The notes below the pieces were generated by a model that saw only the letters and a program-made list of their open reading frames with translations, ran no database searches and had not been told where the DNA came from. The position numbers and the translations under genes were made by a program. From the NCBI GenBank assembly GCA_010093995.1, contig ML992516.1, positions 123,413-187,412 of the forward strand: a DNA stretch of 64,000 nt. Reading direction: 5' to 3'. This DNA is from Elsinoe ampelina. Lineage: Eukaryota. Of this stretch, positions 13,391 to 24,529 are shown in pieces; position 1 is the stretch's first letter; every line of letters starts with the position of its first letter.

Positions 13391-13975
13391 TTACTAATTA
13401 GAGAAAGTAAGTAGGTAGTACTTATTATAATATTTCCTAGTAAGCTAAGAGTCTTTCTATATAATAGTATAACGCTTAGTATAGATAGCGTTAAGATTAT
13501 AGTCTACTATAGTTATTAGTATAAAGTATTATATATTCTAAATGTATAGTTAATATACCTTCGAAATATTCTACTAGTATTACCTTACTTGCTTCCTAGA
13601 GATACTTAATAGCATCTAGTATAAAGTATAAATCTTTACTTATAAGTGTTAACTTAATATCTTATATAATGTTATAAACAATATAGAAGAAGAGAAGCTT
13701 ATATATAAGAAGTTTAGTTATCTTCTAGTAGTAACAAATCTCTTAGAGAGTAATAGCTATATTATATTAGATATAAGACTATAAGAATTTACTATAAGAA
13801 ACTAACTACCTAGCTTAAACCTATAGCTCTTTACCTAGCAAATTTGTCTAGTTAATACTAGTCTAAATTTTGTTATATAACTACCTATAGTAGGCTTTTT
13901 AGTAGCAGTTTTCTTAGTGCTTTACTTTCTTAGCTTTACTCTTTTTAGAGGTGTTACTTGCTTCTTATAAGCTAT
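13391..13975 (-). pseudogene. Histone H3-like gene carried by the hAT element, RIP-disrupted, at least 2 introns (13757-13806, 13504-13558); stop position approximate
   Basis: Spliced translation: IAYKKQ...VKSYRFKLG/TITL*EICYY*KITKLLIYKLLFFYIVYNII*DIKLTLISKDLYFILDAIKYL*EASKVILVEYFE/DYNLNAIYTKRYTII*KDS*LTRK. It aligns along the whole histone fold with H3 ([31 protein letters not shown]...DLRF...[36 protein letters not shown]). Many mismatches are RIP-type transitions. Confidence 0.93.
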
Positions 13976-14349
13976 AGCTACGTAAATTTGTTAAATTAAT
14001 TATTAAAATTTATTTATAAAGGTAGAGAAGAGTAAGGCAAAAATACTAAGAGTAAGATATTAAGCCTTATTAAGGAATTTATAATAGTATATAGAATATA
14101 AATTTCGTATTGTTATTCTTTACTATAATAACTTTATATTAACAATATTAACAACTTTATATTAGTATAATAATAGGATTAATATCTATTATTACTTATA
14201 TTTCTAGCTACTCTATTTACTATATATATAAGGAATACTAAATTCTTCTTTTCTTATCTTCTCCTTATAAAACTTATATCTTATATCTTACTCCTTGTTA
14301 TACTTAATATTCTACCTTCTCTTATAAATTACTACTAATTCTCGATCTA

Positions 14350-15623
14350 TAATATCTACTAATCCTATAGATTAGTAAACCTTTAGTAAAGAGGAAGAGA
14401 TAACTAATGCTCTAGTAATTAAGACTAAAGAAATAACTAAGGAAGAGAAAGTAATCCTCGCTATAATAGAAGTAATTCTTATAGATACTTCTTATAGTTA
14501 AATACTAACTAGACTATAGGGTTTTAATTCCGAGGCTAATAAGATTAAATACTAGATTAAAAATCGCTCTTAGAATACTAAAACTTCTTACTATAGCTAC
14601 CCCCTTAGAATTCTATAGTAGAAAGTATAGCTTAGTAATACCTAGTAAGCTATTTAGTAAAGAGATTATACTATATAAGCTAGTATAAAGGAGAAAGCCC
14701 TTACTACTACTAGTAATACTAATTACTCTATAAAACATATACTTAAGACAAAACTTAAGAACTCTAAGGAATTCTAAGTAATATCTAATAAGGAGAAAGA
14801 AGCTACCTTCGATATAGTATATAAGAAGATAGTAGAGACTTACTATTATACCTAGTAGAGTAGTATATTTCTTATAGTACATTCTTATAGTATATCTACT
14901 AATTCTATATAGGGGAATAGTTAAAGGATAAGTTTATATCTATTTACTAAAAATAAAGTAGTATCTATAAAGCTAATACTCTTCTTTACTATAAGTAACT
15001 CCTTGCTAATTATATAAAGAAGATACTCTATAACAAGATAAACATATTCCTAAATTGCTAAGTAAAACGTCTTCTTAGCACTAGTAGAATTCTTAAGAAA
15101 TAGATCTATAAGATCTACTATAATAGTGTTAACTTACTATATAATACTAGTAACTATAACAATAGTAACTAAGCTAAGTTTAAGAAGTTTATTAAGAATA
15201 TAACACTTACTAAACTCTAAGTAGTATAAGTAGATAATTAAGTATATATTATTTCTTATAGTTGTTTCTTATAGTTATATACTAATCTATTAAAGCAAAT
15301 ATAAACCTACTTCTAAATTAGAATTTAAGTATAAGAATAATAATATTTTACTTAAATCTAATAATTACTATATTAAGTATAGTAATAACAAGGTTAAAGA
15401 AGAAGTTAAGAACAACTCTAAGATTAAAAACCTCTTTAATAAGAAACCTAACAAGTATAAGACTAAGGAAGTAGCTAAAATATACTATAAGGTAGTTACT
15501 ACTAGGGACTTTAATAATTCTAATAAAGAGAATTAGGATAAAGATAATAATAAGGCAATAGATAAGAGTAATAATAATAATAAGGAAAGTAAAAGTAAGA
15601 ACAATATAGATAAGAATAAATAG
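14350..15623 (+). pseudogene. Second hAT cargo gene, unknown function, three GT-AG introns (~14472-14519, ~14860-14912, ~15242-15295), N/K-rich (probably D/E-rich pre-RIP) C-terminus; start approximate
   Basis: Coding-like purine-rich frames separated by ~50-nt segments with a GT donor, CTAAY branch site and AG acceptor. Divergent from the H3-like gene. Confidence 0.6.
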
Positions 15624-15799
15624 ATTAACCTTAAGTTAGGAAAATTAAACTATAGTTTTAGTAGCTTTCTAGTTCTACACTATTAAAATTTTTTTAATCT
15701 ATAAATTAAGAGTAGCTAACGGATTATTATAGAGTATTTTTATAGTCTTCTACTCCTTGTTATATAGCTAGTAATATTCTATATTTCTACTTTTAAAAT

Positions 15800-18430
15800 G
15801 TTAGTATTTAATAAAGACTTAGTTAATTCTTAACTATAGATACTCTTAGAAGTTATTACGCTACTACTATCTCTCTCCTACGAGCTTAAAGAGTTCTATA
15901 TTAATTACTAGAATAATCTATTCTCTACTTAATTCTATAAAACTATTAAAATTATTAGCTGTCTATCCTACTAACTAGATATACTACTCGAAGAATAGCT
16001 AGCTATATAAGCCTAGAAAACATAGTAGTCTATAATATTAATAGGTAGCAAATTAAGAGTTAGCGGAATACGAAACCTACTAAACTAGAATTCTATAACC
16101 CGCTATAGAGTTATTTAAGCTAACTTTAATAAAGGTGCTAAGCTTACTAATAGAACACCTCTTATGTATTGTCTCTACTATAGTAGAGCTTTATAACACC
16201 TAACAACAAACTCGATTAGTAATAAACACCTAATAAAACATCTTAGACGCTAAAGCTACTAGAATATAAAATCTCCTAGCTATAAATAATTAGTAGCTTA
16301 GATAGCTCTAACATAATTAAAAGTAAACGCTACTAGTACTATATTCTATATACTATAATTCTCCCTAGAACAATTTAAAAAAGAGCTTATTAAGGTCCTT
16401 ATTAATTGTAATTAGTTATTCTAAACAGTTAATAATTTCTCCTTTCTCTAATTTATATATTTCTTCTAGCTATATACTAATATTCTAGGTTAGACGCGAG
16501 CCTTAGAGCTATTAAAAGAGCACTATAAGGACATTTAGTCTAATCTTCTTACTAATCTTAGTAGTTAGACAAAAGTTTTAATTACGCTAGATAGCTAGTC
16601 TACGAATAACTATCTAAGTTTTATAGCTATAAAGGTATACTATATTAATAACAACTAGTAAGTATATAAGTACCTACTAGATTTTGTACTAATTAGTAGA
16701 TAGTATACTAGAGTTATACTCGGCACGGAACTACTAAGAGTTCTAAATAAAAAAAAGATTAATATATATCTTCTCGCTATTATAATAAACAATATAAGTA
16801 ATAATAACACTCTATAATCTAAAGTATAATAAGGTCTTAAGAAGAAGAGTATATACTAGTTCTCTATTAAGAATATAATTCTATATCTAGCTTATGTAAT
16901 TAATCTTATTATATAAGATATTATTTAAGCCCTATAGCTAGAAACTACCGAGGACGATAAGAAAGCTAATAAGCTTAAGAAGTAGTATCTCTATAACATC
17001 TAAATAACTCTATTAGTTCTAAATTCCCTCTATAAAGTAAGTTATATTTCTTATAGTTCTTTCTTATAGTTTTTTAACTAATTTTAAAGCTCTATATAAT
17101 TTATATTATAATTAACTAATCCCCTTAACGCTACTAATACTTTAAATCCCTTTAAGTATATCTACCTCCTTATAAATAACTCTTAGTCGTTTAAGACATT
17201 TACACCTATTAGAACTTAATATATAATATATATAAGCGAGCTATTAAACTTTAACTAATTATTAATAAATAGCTTAACGTAGAGATTATAATTGCATATA
17301 AGCCCTAAACTAACAAAGCGCTAGCTAATTAAGACATAGCATCTATTAATTATATAGATATAAAACGCCTTTGCCTCGGCTATACCGAATAGGCATATCT
17401 AAAGATTGTCGTCTAAATACTAGAGAATTTTAAGGATATAACTAACTAGCTAAGTTAGTCTTACACGCTATTAGTACAATATATATAGCTTATATATAAT
17501 ACTCTTTTTAACTTTCTTAATATAGTTAAGTCTACTTAGAAAGAGAATAATAACTTAGACTAGCTATTAGTTATACAAAATGTAGCGAAAGCTAGTTATA
17601 CTAAGCTTTCTAAGTATTATAAGTAAACGAGTAGAGGTTAAAGTTTCTTATTTAATTACGGTATAATCTTAGATTTAACTTAGAAACTTAGTACGTACGA
17701 GTATGCTTTATAGGAACTACATTTTAAATCGCTTTACTATAAATAGTTCCTTAACTACCTTAATTACTATAATAATAACTACTCTTCTTAAACTACTCTT
17801 CTACCTCCTCTACTAGCCTTGTCTATTACTTACTAGTTTAAGAAGTCTTTCTTATTAAACACGAGGAGTAGCTTTATACCTCTAGTATTTAGCTAAGATA
17901 ATATACTTTTATAAGAGTAGAGTAATATCTATATAATAAGGATAGAAGGGGAGAATTACCTTAGAACTTTACCTATATAGGAAATATTAGAATTTAATAT
18001 TCTTTCTTAGTAGAAAGAAAATAAGCACTTATTCCTATAACTAGCTTATATTACTTGTAATGTTCTTATAATACTAATCGCTAGCGTAGGTGTTAAATAT
18101 ATTTTTAATATAGCGAAGAATATTATTAGTAATTAAAGGTATAGACTACTTCCGTAGATAATTTAACAAATTATAGTCTCTAAGCTAGTAGAAAACAATC
18201 TTTAAAACATCTAATCGGCTAAGACGGACAATTTTACTACTACTAATAATAATACTAATAGCGGAATAGATAGTATAAGTAACAACTTTAGAGATATTAC
18301 TACCTATAGTTTAAGCGATAAAGAGGTTAATAAGGAAGAAGAGTATAATAAGGACAAAGATCTACTATATAACGTTACTAAGGTTAGAGGCTAGTATTCT
18401 AAGCGTATCTAGTTAATAGCCTCTAAGCAA
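15800..18430 (+). pseudogene. hAT transposase, RIP-disrupted (boundaries approximate; intron 17037-17089)
   Basis: BED-finger-like region at ~16160-16250. ITLDS*STNNYLSFIAI (first catalytic D, ~16580), LAIIINNISNN (TDNASNN, ~16775), ILYLAYVINL (CxxH, ~16880), V*DIYTY*NL (DxxTRWNST, ~17190), **KENKHLFL*LA...IASVGVKYIFN (C-terminal dimerisation domain, ~18010-18110). Confidence 0.93.
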
Positions 18431-19887
18431 TAACGCTCTTATAGTATCTATACTAATATCTACTCTAAAGCACTTCCGCGCGTACCTTCCCTATTACTAT
18501 ATATAATTCTACCTACTAATACTAATAGTCTCCCTTTGTTAGCTACTCTAAGGAAGCTTATTCCCTTACCCGCTAGTATCTTTAATATAACTATATTCGT
18601 ATCTACGTTAGTTGTGCTAGATCCGCTTATAAAAACGTTAATAAGGAAATTATATAGATCAACTATAATATAAAGGCTAAAGCTATAACTAATCTCCGCG
18701 CTACTCTCCTTATTATTGACCTTAATAACTACCTCCGCTACGGCACCTATAACCTTAGCTAACTTATTACTAATACTACTCTCTATACTATTACTAATAT
18801 CTACCTTATTATGCTTCTAACTTTCTTACTAGGTTTAAGCCCGATAATAGTTAAGTTACTTTCTAGAATAACACTAATAGTAAAGGGAATAACGAGGGAG
18901 ATACTTCTACTACTAGTACTAATAGTGCTACCTAGAGTAGTAATATAACTACTAGTGTAGCTAGAGGTAATATAAACACTTCTACTTTAAGAGCTTATAT
19001 ACGCTGTTATTATAGTTAATTTTAGTCACTTATAGAAAGAGGCAATGTAATTAAGTCTTTATAAAGTATAAGTCTATATTATTAATAACTATCTAAAGCT
19101 ATTAGCCTACTAACACTTTAACTACACTACCTTAATTAGATTAGTTATTAGAAGAAACACTATTATTACTATCGTCGATATAATCTAACTCCTCCTACTT
19201 ACGTTTAATATTATAGCGTATAGTAAAGAGCAAGAGTAGATCTACTCTTCTGCCGAGAATAAGACAATTAATAGTACGCTATATATTAATTAGGTTAAAG
19301 ATGTTATTAGTCTATAAGATATTATACTAATATTTATTAGATTATAGAGAAAGATTAGATTAGAAACACTTATAAAGTTATAAGGGGTATTATAAGTATA
19401 GTAGGCTTTATAGCGAAGTACCGAACCTCTATAGTTATTATAGATATATTTGGCTTAGATTTTGTAGTTATTATTAAAGTTAAGATATATAAGAGTTATA
19501 TAGCGGATATAGGCTTTATACTAACGTAGGTATAAAGGCCTAGTATAGTTACTAGAAGTTATCTTATAAGGCTAAAAGGGAATTAGATCTACTAGGTCGA
19601 GGTAAAGTTAAGTATAAGAAGAAGGCATTATAGAAGGAGGTATTAAACGACAAGAAAGAGAAGTTTAAGAGGAAGAAGGAGAAATAGTAACTAAAAGATA
19701 TATATATCTAGCGTTACCTATTATAAGAACAACAATATAGATAATAGCTATTATCTATTATAAAAAAACAACAATACTAATAATAGCTATTATTTAATAA
19801 TAGCTATTATTATACTAAGGAATATAAGTAGATTATTAGCTAAGTTACTTCTTTCTCTCCTTAGAAACATTTAAACAACTATCTAGT

Positions 19888-20370
19888 ATGCCTTTACGTT
19901 GCTATAGTATAACTTATACTAACAGTTACTAGAATTTAAGCAAATCTACTACTATGTCTACTACTTGCCTCTCTATTATTTATTAGGCTAATATTACTTA
20001 CTATAAATTTATTAACAACCTTTAGGCAGAGATTAAGGCCCTAGACGGCCTTATACTTACTATTAACTAGTAATCTAATAGTATTAAGGCAATCTATAAC
20101 TATACTATAAGTTAGTAGAAAGGCTAAACTACCTAGAACTAATTATTCTAGTCTTAGACTCTACCTAATAGCTTTAGTACTCCGGTTTACTAGTTAAGAG
20201 TTATAATTTATATAAGGGTAAACTTACTAAGGATAGAATATCCTCCGGATAAAGTAGATAATAAAATAATAAGGTATTAGTTCTAGGTAGTGTATAGCTT
20301 GCTAGCTAAGTATATAAAATGGACTTATAGGGGTTATATAGATAATGTTAATTAGGTTAATCTTCTATAA
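19888..20370 (+). pseudogene. Possible additional hAT cargo ORF, unknown function
   Basis: ATG at 19888 and a ~160-codon frame interrupted only by TAA/TAG stops compatible with RIP; no recognisable homology. Confidence 0.35.
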
Positions 20371-23136
20371 ATCACTATTAGGTTATAATTGTATATAAGG
20401 GTTAATAATTAATAACTTTTGCTTCTCTCTAGTATTCTTTACCTACTATAACTTTAAGCGTTTAGAGCAGAAAAGTAATAAGAGTTATAGGATATAGTAG
20501 CTACTATAAGAATTTACTATAAGAATAGCAACCCTAGTATAGTGCTAGTAAGAGTACACTAAGGACTTAATAGTACTACACTACTTATCTACCGACCTAA
20601 CCTAGCACTATACTACGTCTAGAATATATACGACCCAACCTGCACCTAGTGCTAGTGTAGTACTATTATAGCTATAGTACAGAGCTAGTACTAGTACTAC
20701 TAGGCCCTTAGTAGCACTACGCTAGCTAGAGGCCGACCTAAACCCTAGTATAGTACTAAACCTAAAGGGGCTAACCTTGCCCTAATAGTTACACTAGCTA
20801 GAACTTAGTTTACGAGTTAGACTAGAACCGAACTAGTTCTAAACTAGGGCGGCGACTTTACTAAGCTAGATTCCTAGATCCGAGCTAGACTTAGATCTAG
20901 ATTCTAGCCTTTTAATTAGCTATAGTAGCTTCTACTTAATAACTGTTAGCGAAAATTCTTCTTTATATATAACTTAGCTATGCTTATAGTTAATAGTAGC
21001 CCTATTAGCCTTAAGCTAGCCGAGGCTAAGAATAATATCGAATCGGCTAATATTTATAATATAAAAGGTACTAAGGTTATTTAGCTTACTAGAAACGGTA
21101 GTAGTAAGAGGAACGCTATATATAACTTACTCTATTAGAACACTATTATAGGCTTAAAGCTAAATAGAACTAGCTAGTGCTACGGGGCAGCCGAAGCTCT
21201 TTAGCTTATTAAGAACATTATAATTAACTATAGCGCTAATAAGCGCGCTAGTGTTAATAAAGGCTTAAAGTATAATAGTGCAAGAGTAGTTATAAGAGTT
21301 GTAAATAGTAATAGGAGTTATAATGGCGGGGATATAGTAGCTAACGACGCTATTTAGTAACTATATATCTCTAGATCTATCTCGAATTACTCTTATTCTA
21401 CTAGAGAATAGAACTTGTCCTCTAGCTACTTATTTCTCTAGCTAGAGTAGCTAGTAGACTTATAGTCTATTTCGGGGTTAAATTAAGGCTAAACTAAATC
21501 TAGTTCGTAGGCCGAACTAGTATTAACCTAGTTACTTAATTTAGCTAAGCGATTCTAAAGCTACTATATCTCCTCTATAGCGCTAATACATATAGAGCGT
21601 ATAGTAGCGTAAGTAGCCTTCTCTAAGGTGCTAGCTATATACTTAGTAGAGATATGTCTAGGCTTGCCGCATATATAATAGGTAAGTACTAGAGCTAAAT
21701 AGAAAGGCTATAGAGCACCTCTAGTAATAGAGTAGAAGGTAGGCGGAGCTATAGGCGTAAAGGTAGAATAAGGTACGTAAGTAGGTATAGTAGCGGCGTA
21801 GCTTATAGCTAGTATAGAATATAAAGCCTAAGTGCACTTAGTAATAAGGTTATTCTATCGAATGTTATAGTTAGTAGCGTAGGCCTTAGTAATAAAGGCA
21901 ATAAGGTTATTAGTTTCGTAGTTAACTAGAGCATTACGTAGCTTGTTAGATATCTTCTAATAGATCTAGTATAGCTACTCCTCTTTAGCAATCTTAGCGT
22001 AAAGGGCGTACTTATTAAACTTGCTAATAAAGAAGTTAAACGTGCTATTACGCTAGAAGAGGTTAGTAAACTAAGTATATATAGTGGCCCTATAGTTAGG
22101 ATCCTTAAAGCGCTAAACTAGAAGAGTAAGAACCTCTTCGACGCTAATAACGTTATTACTAGCTAAGTCTATAACAAGAGTATAGGCTTCTCTAGAGAGG
22201 CGTAAGTATAGATAGGTAAACTAGGTATCCCTTATAGAGAAACAATCTACGTTAGTACGTATCTTATTCCTTATCTAGTGCTTAAAGACCTTAAACTACT
22301 CCGGTGTACCCGTGCTAAAGATAGTAGAGTCTAGTATCTTTTCTAACAAGGTAGAGCTACGTATAGAAAGGGCTAGTATACTACGCTTTATCTTGTTTCT
22401 TAGTTAGTTTACCTTAGCCTTAAGCTCTTAAATTTTGTCTAGGTAGCAAGTAGCTTAGGCAGTAACGCTATTAGTATAGGACTAAGATACGTCTAGTTCG
22501 GATTAGAGGTTACTAAGCTAGGCCTAAGTAGTATCTAACTTATAGTAATAGTAGAGAGCGTTAGTATAAGTGCCTTTTACCTACGTAGTTTACTTATTAT
22601 AGAAGGACTTAATATAGTTAAATACGTCTCTTAGTGCCTATATACTATACTCTTCCTATAGCTTCTTAAGGAGTATAGCGTTAGAGAGAGTAAAAAGATT
22701 ATAGTAGAGAGAGTAAATAGAGGTATTATTATTATTAGGAATAGGTTAAGGTAGCTTACTTTAGTAGCGCTCTTTATTGCTATAGTTAGATCGAGCTATA
22801 CTTAGCATAGTTAGTCGTAAATAAAACAGTGTAAAACATTAATATATAACAAAGGGAATATTAAAATTTTTAGCTAGTAGTCTACTTTCTTTAAGAGTTG
22901 TCTATAACTTAACTTATTACCTTCTTCTTATATCTTTAGGGTTTATAGTATTAACCTATATAGTAGCAGCGAGGATCTATTATAGTGTACGCGGGAACTA
23001 TAGTTATAATAGCTTCTTCTTTAATTCTTTAATTCTTTATAAGTAATAGTTATTAGTAGTTACGTAAGTAGTAGAATAACTAGATAGTTTAATAGCTCTA
23101 TTGCTTAGTTACGGTTGTTTCGAAGTCTCGATATAG

Positions 23137-23335
23137 TAATTACAACTAGTAAGATAAGAGGTTAATTACGTCTATTTATTAAGATATTAAGACTTAGAAG
23201 AAGAAGAAAACTAGTGTATAAAGCACACGTAATATCGAGGGCAGAGCGGCTAGAAGCCTAGGCTACGATGCCGAGATCACGTAACTAATCTAAACTAAAT
23301 CCTAAGTGAATCTAGTTCGTATCTATCTTGTATTA
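23137..23335 (-). repeat. 5' LTR of Gypsy element B (199 bp)
   Basis: Co-linear with 9248-9446. Confidence 0.93.
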
Positions 23336-24529
23336 CTATCTCTATAAAACTAGAGATCTAGCTCTTACCTTTAATAGATTAATACTACCTCTAATCTTCT
23401 AAGCCTTATTAGATACTAGCTTTAGTAGTTACTCTTTAAGGAAGAGCCTTTAAGGCTATCTCTTTAAGATGTTCTAAGGATTAATTAACTAGAAGGCTAT
23501 AAAGTAACTAATAGTTATAACCTTAACTATAGAGGCTAAGCTACTTACTCTTATAGAAACTACTAAGTAAGCTATATAGTAGAGGAGGCTAATAGCCTCT
23601 ATTTATCCCCTTAAGCATATTAGTATTTAGTGTAATAATTAGTAAATAATTAGTCTTATTACTAATCTAATTAAAAAGCTAAATACGCGTCTTTACTATA
23701 TTAATATTTATTATTATTAGCTAAAACAAGAGATTAATTAAGCTAGAGATCTATCTAGTCCTATCTTAGTTATATAGACACTATTAGCAGACACACTAGC
23801 TAATAGATTTACTAAATTATTACTACCTAGGAGGTATAAGGCCTTCTTATAATAGCTATCCCTCGAGTTAGTAGTCTACTAACTAGCTATTATAGAGTTA
23901 TAGCTACTTAGTAAAGGGGTATATTAACCAAGGCATAAGCTAGAGCGCTAAGGAGACTCTAATTTAGTTTATCCTAAGGTTAAACTAAACACTATCTTAC
24001 TATTTTACTAATCTATAATTAAATTGGATAATTATTGTCTTAATCTGTTGCTATTAAGGAGTTCTTTTGATTTAGCTATCTTCTAGTACACTAGGTTAAG
24101 TATTTATGTAGTTACAATCTACCTCATTTTAGTGGTTCAGGCAGTAATAAATCTCTTTCTCCCCACACACAAGCTGACAAGGCCAGAGCGGAGAAAAAGC
24201 GGCGTTTAGCGTGGAGTAATAATATCAGCAAAACCCCACTCGACCTGCTGCCTTTCCAGAACATCGTCCTGCGGTTGGAGAGACATCATTTGGGGTCCAA
24301 AGGTAGGGCTGCATTCTCTTGGACCGGCTCTGACTTGTGCTCTAAATCCGCAAGTGCACAAACAGAGCTGCATATCTCTCAACGGTCGAGGCTATAAGTA
24401 CTGTCCACATCTCCTCACTTGTCTATATCATCAACATCAAACAACCTCACTTCAACACTTCAACACTTCTATCAAGTTTACAAACTCAATTACTACAGTT
24501 CAAACCACAACAGCTTCCCCCCACACACA

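Larger units (their letters stand above)
12948..20796 (+). mobile_element. Large (7849 bp) hAT-superfamily DNA transposon with cargo genes, RIP-inactivated
   Basis: TIRs TAGTGTAACTATTAGGGCAGAGTTAG (12948-12973) and its near-perfect reverse complement (20771-20796; 24/26). Perfect 8-bp TSD GCTAGAAC (12940-12947, 20797-20804). Subterminal arrays of short AGCAC/AGTAC-type motifs at both ends. Internal hAT transposase. Confidence 0.95.
9248..23335 (-). mobile_element. RIP-inactivated Ty3/Gypsy chromovirus (element B), interrupted by the hAT element
   Basis: 199-bp LTRs at 9248-9446 and 23137-23335. TSD GTATC/CTATC (4 of 5 match). PPT next to the left LTR. Minus strand shows gag with Zn knuckle (~21660), protease (~21000), RT (YLDNILIY at ~12040-12065), RNase H, integrase, GPY-like motif (~9855) and chromodomain (EEYKVDNVI...IS*KSY, ~9560-9690). 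Confidence 0.92.
1..24126 (+). mobile_element. RIP-inactivated Ty1/Copia LTR retrotransposon (host of the nest; 5' part lies upstream of the window), split into 1-145, 7169-9247 and 23336-~24126
   Basis: Joining 1-145 to 7174 onward gives integrase-like text (IKFLRSNN...ELSTPY.*A*N...AYLINRTP...*KTPF). The RT N-terminal part is at ~8480-8880 (...FTYKV...VIKYKVRIYIRGNL...IDIINAY). RVI*YL|YKTRDLAL reads through the 9247/23336 junction. RNase H follows at ~23400-23870 (EAKLL...I*CNN...LADTLANRFTK). IN-RT-RH order is Copia. A PPT-like AAAGGGG at ~23913 is followed by a probable 3' LTR, whose right end is uncertain. RT appears internally deleted near 8893. Confidence 0.85.
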
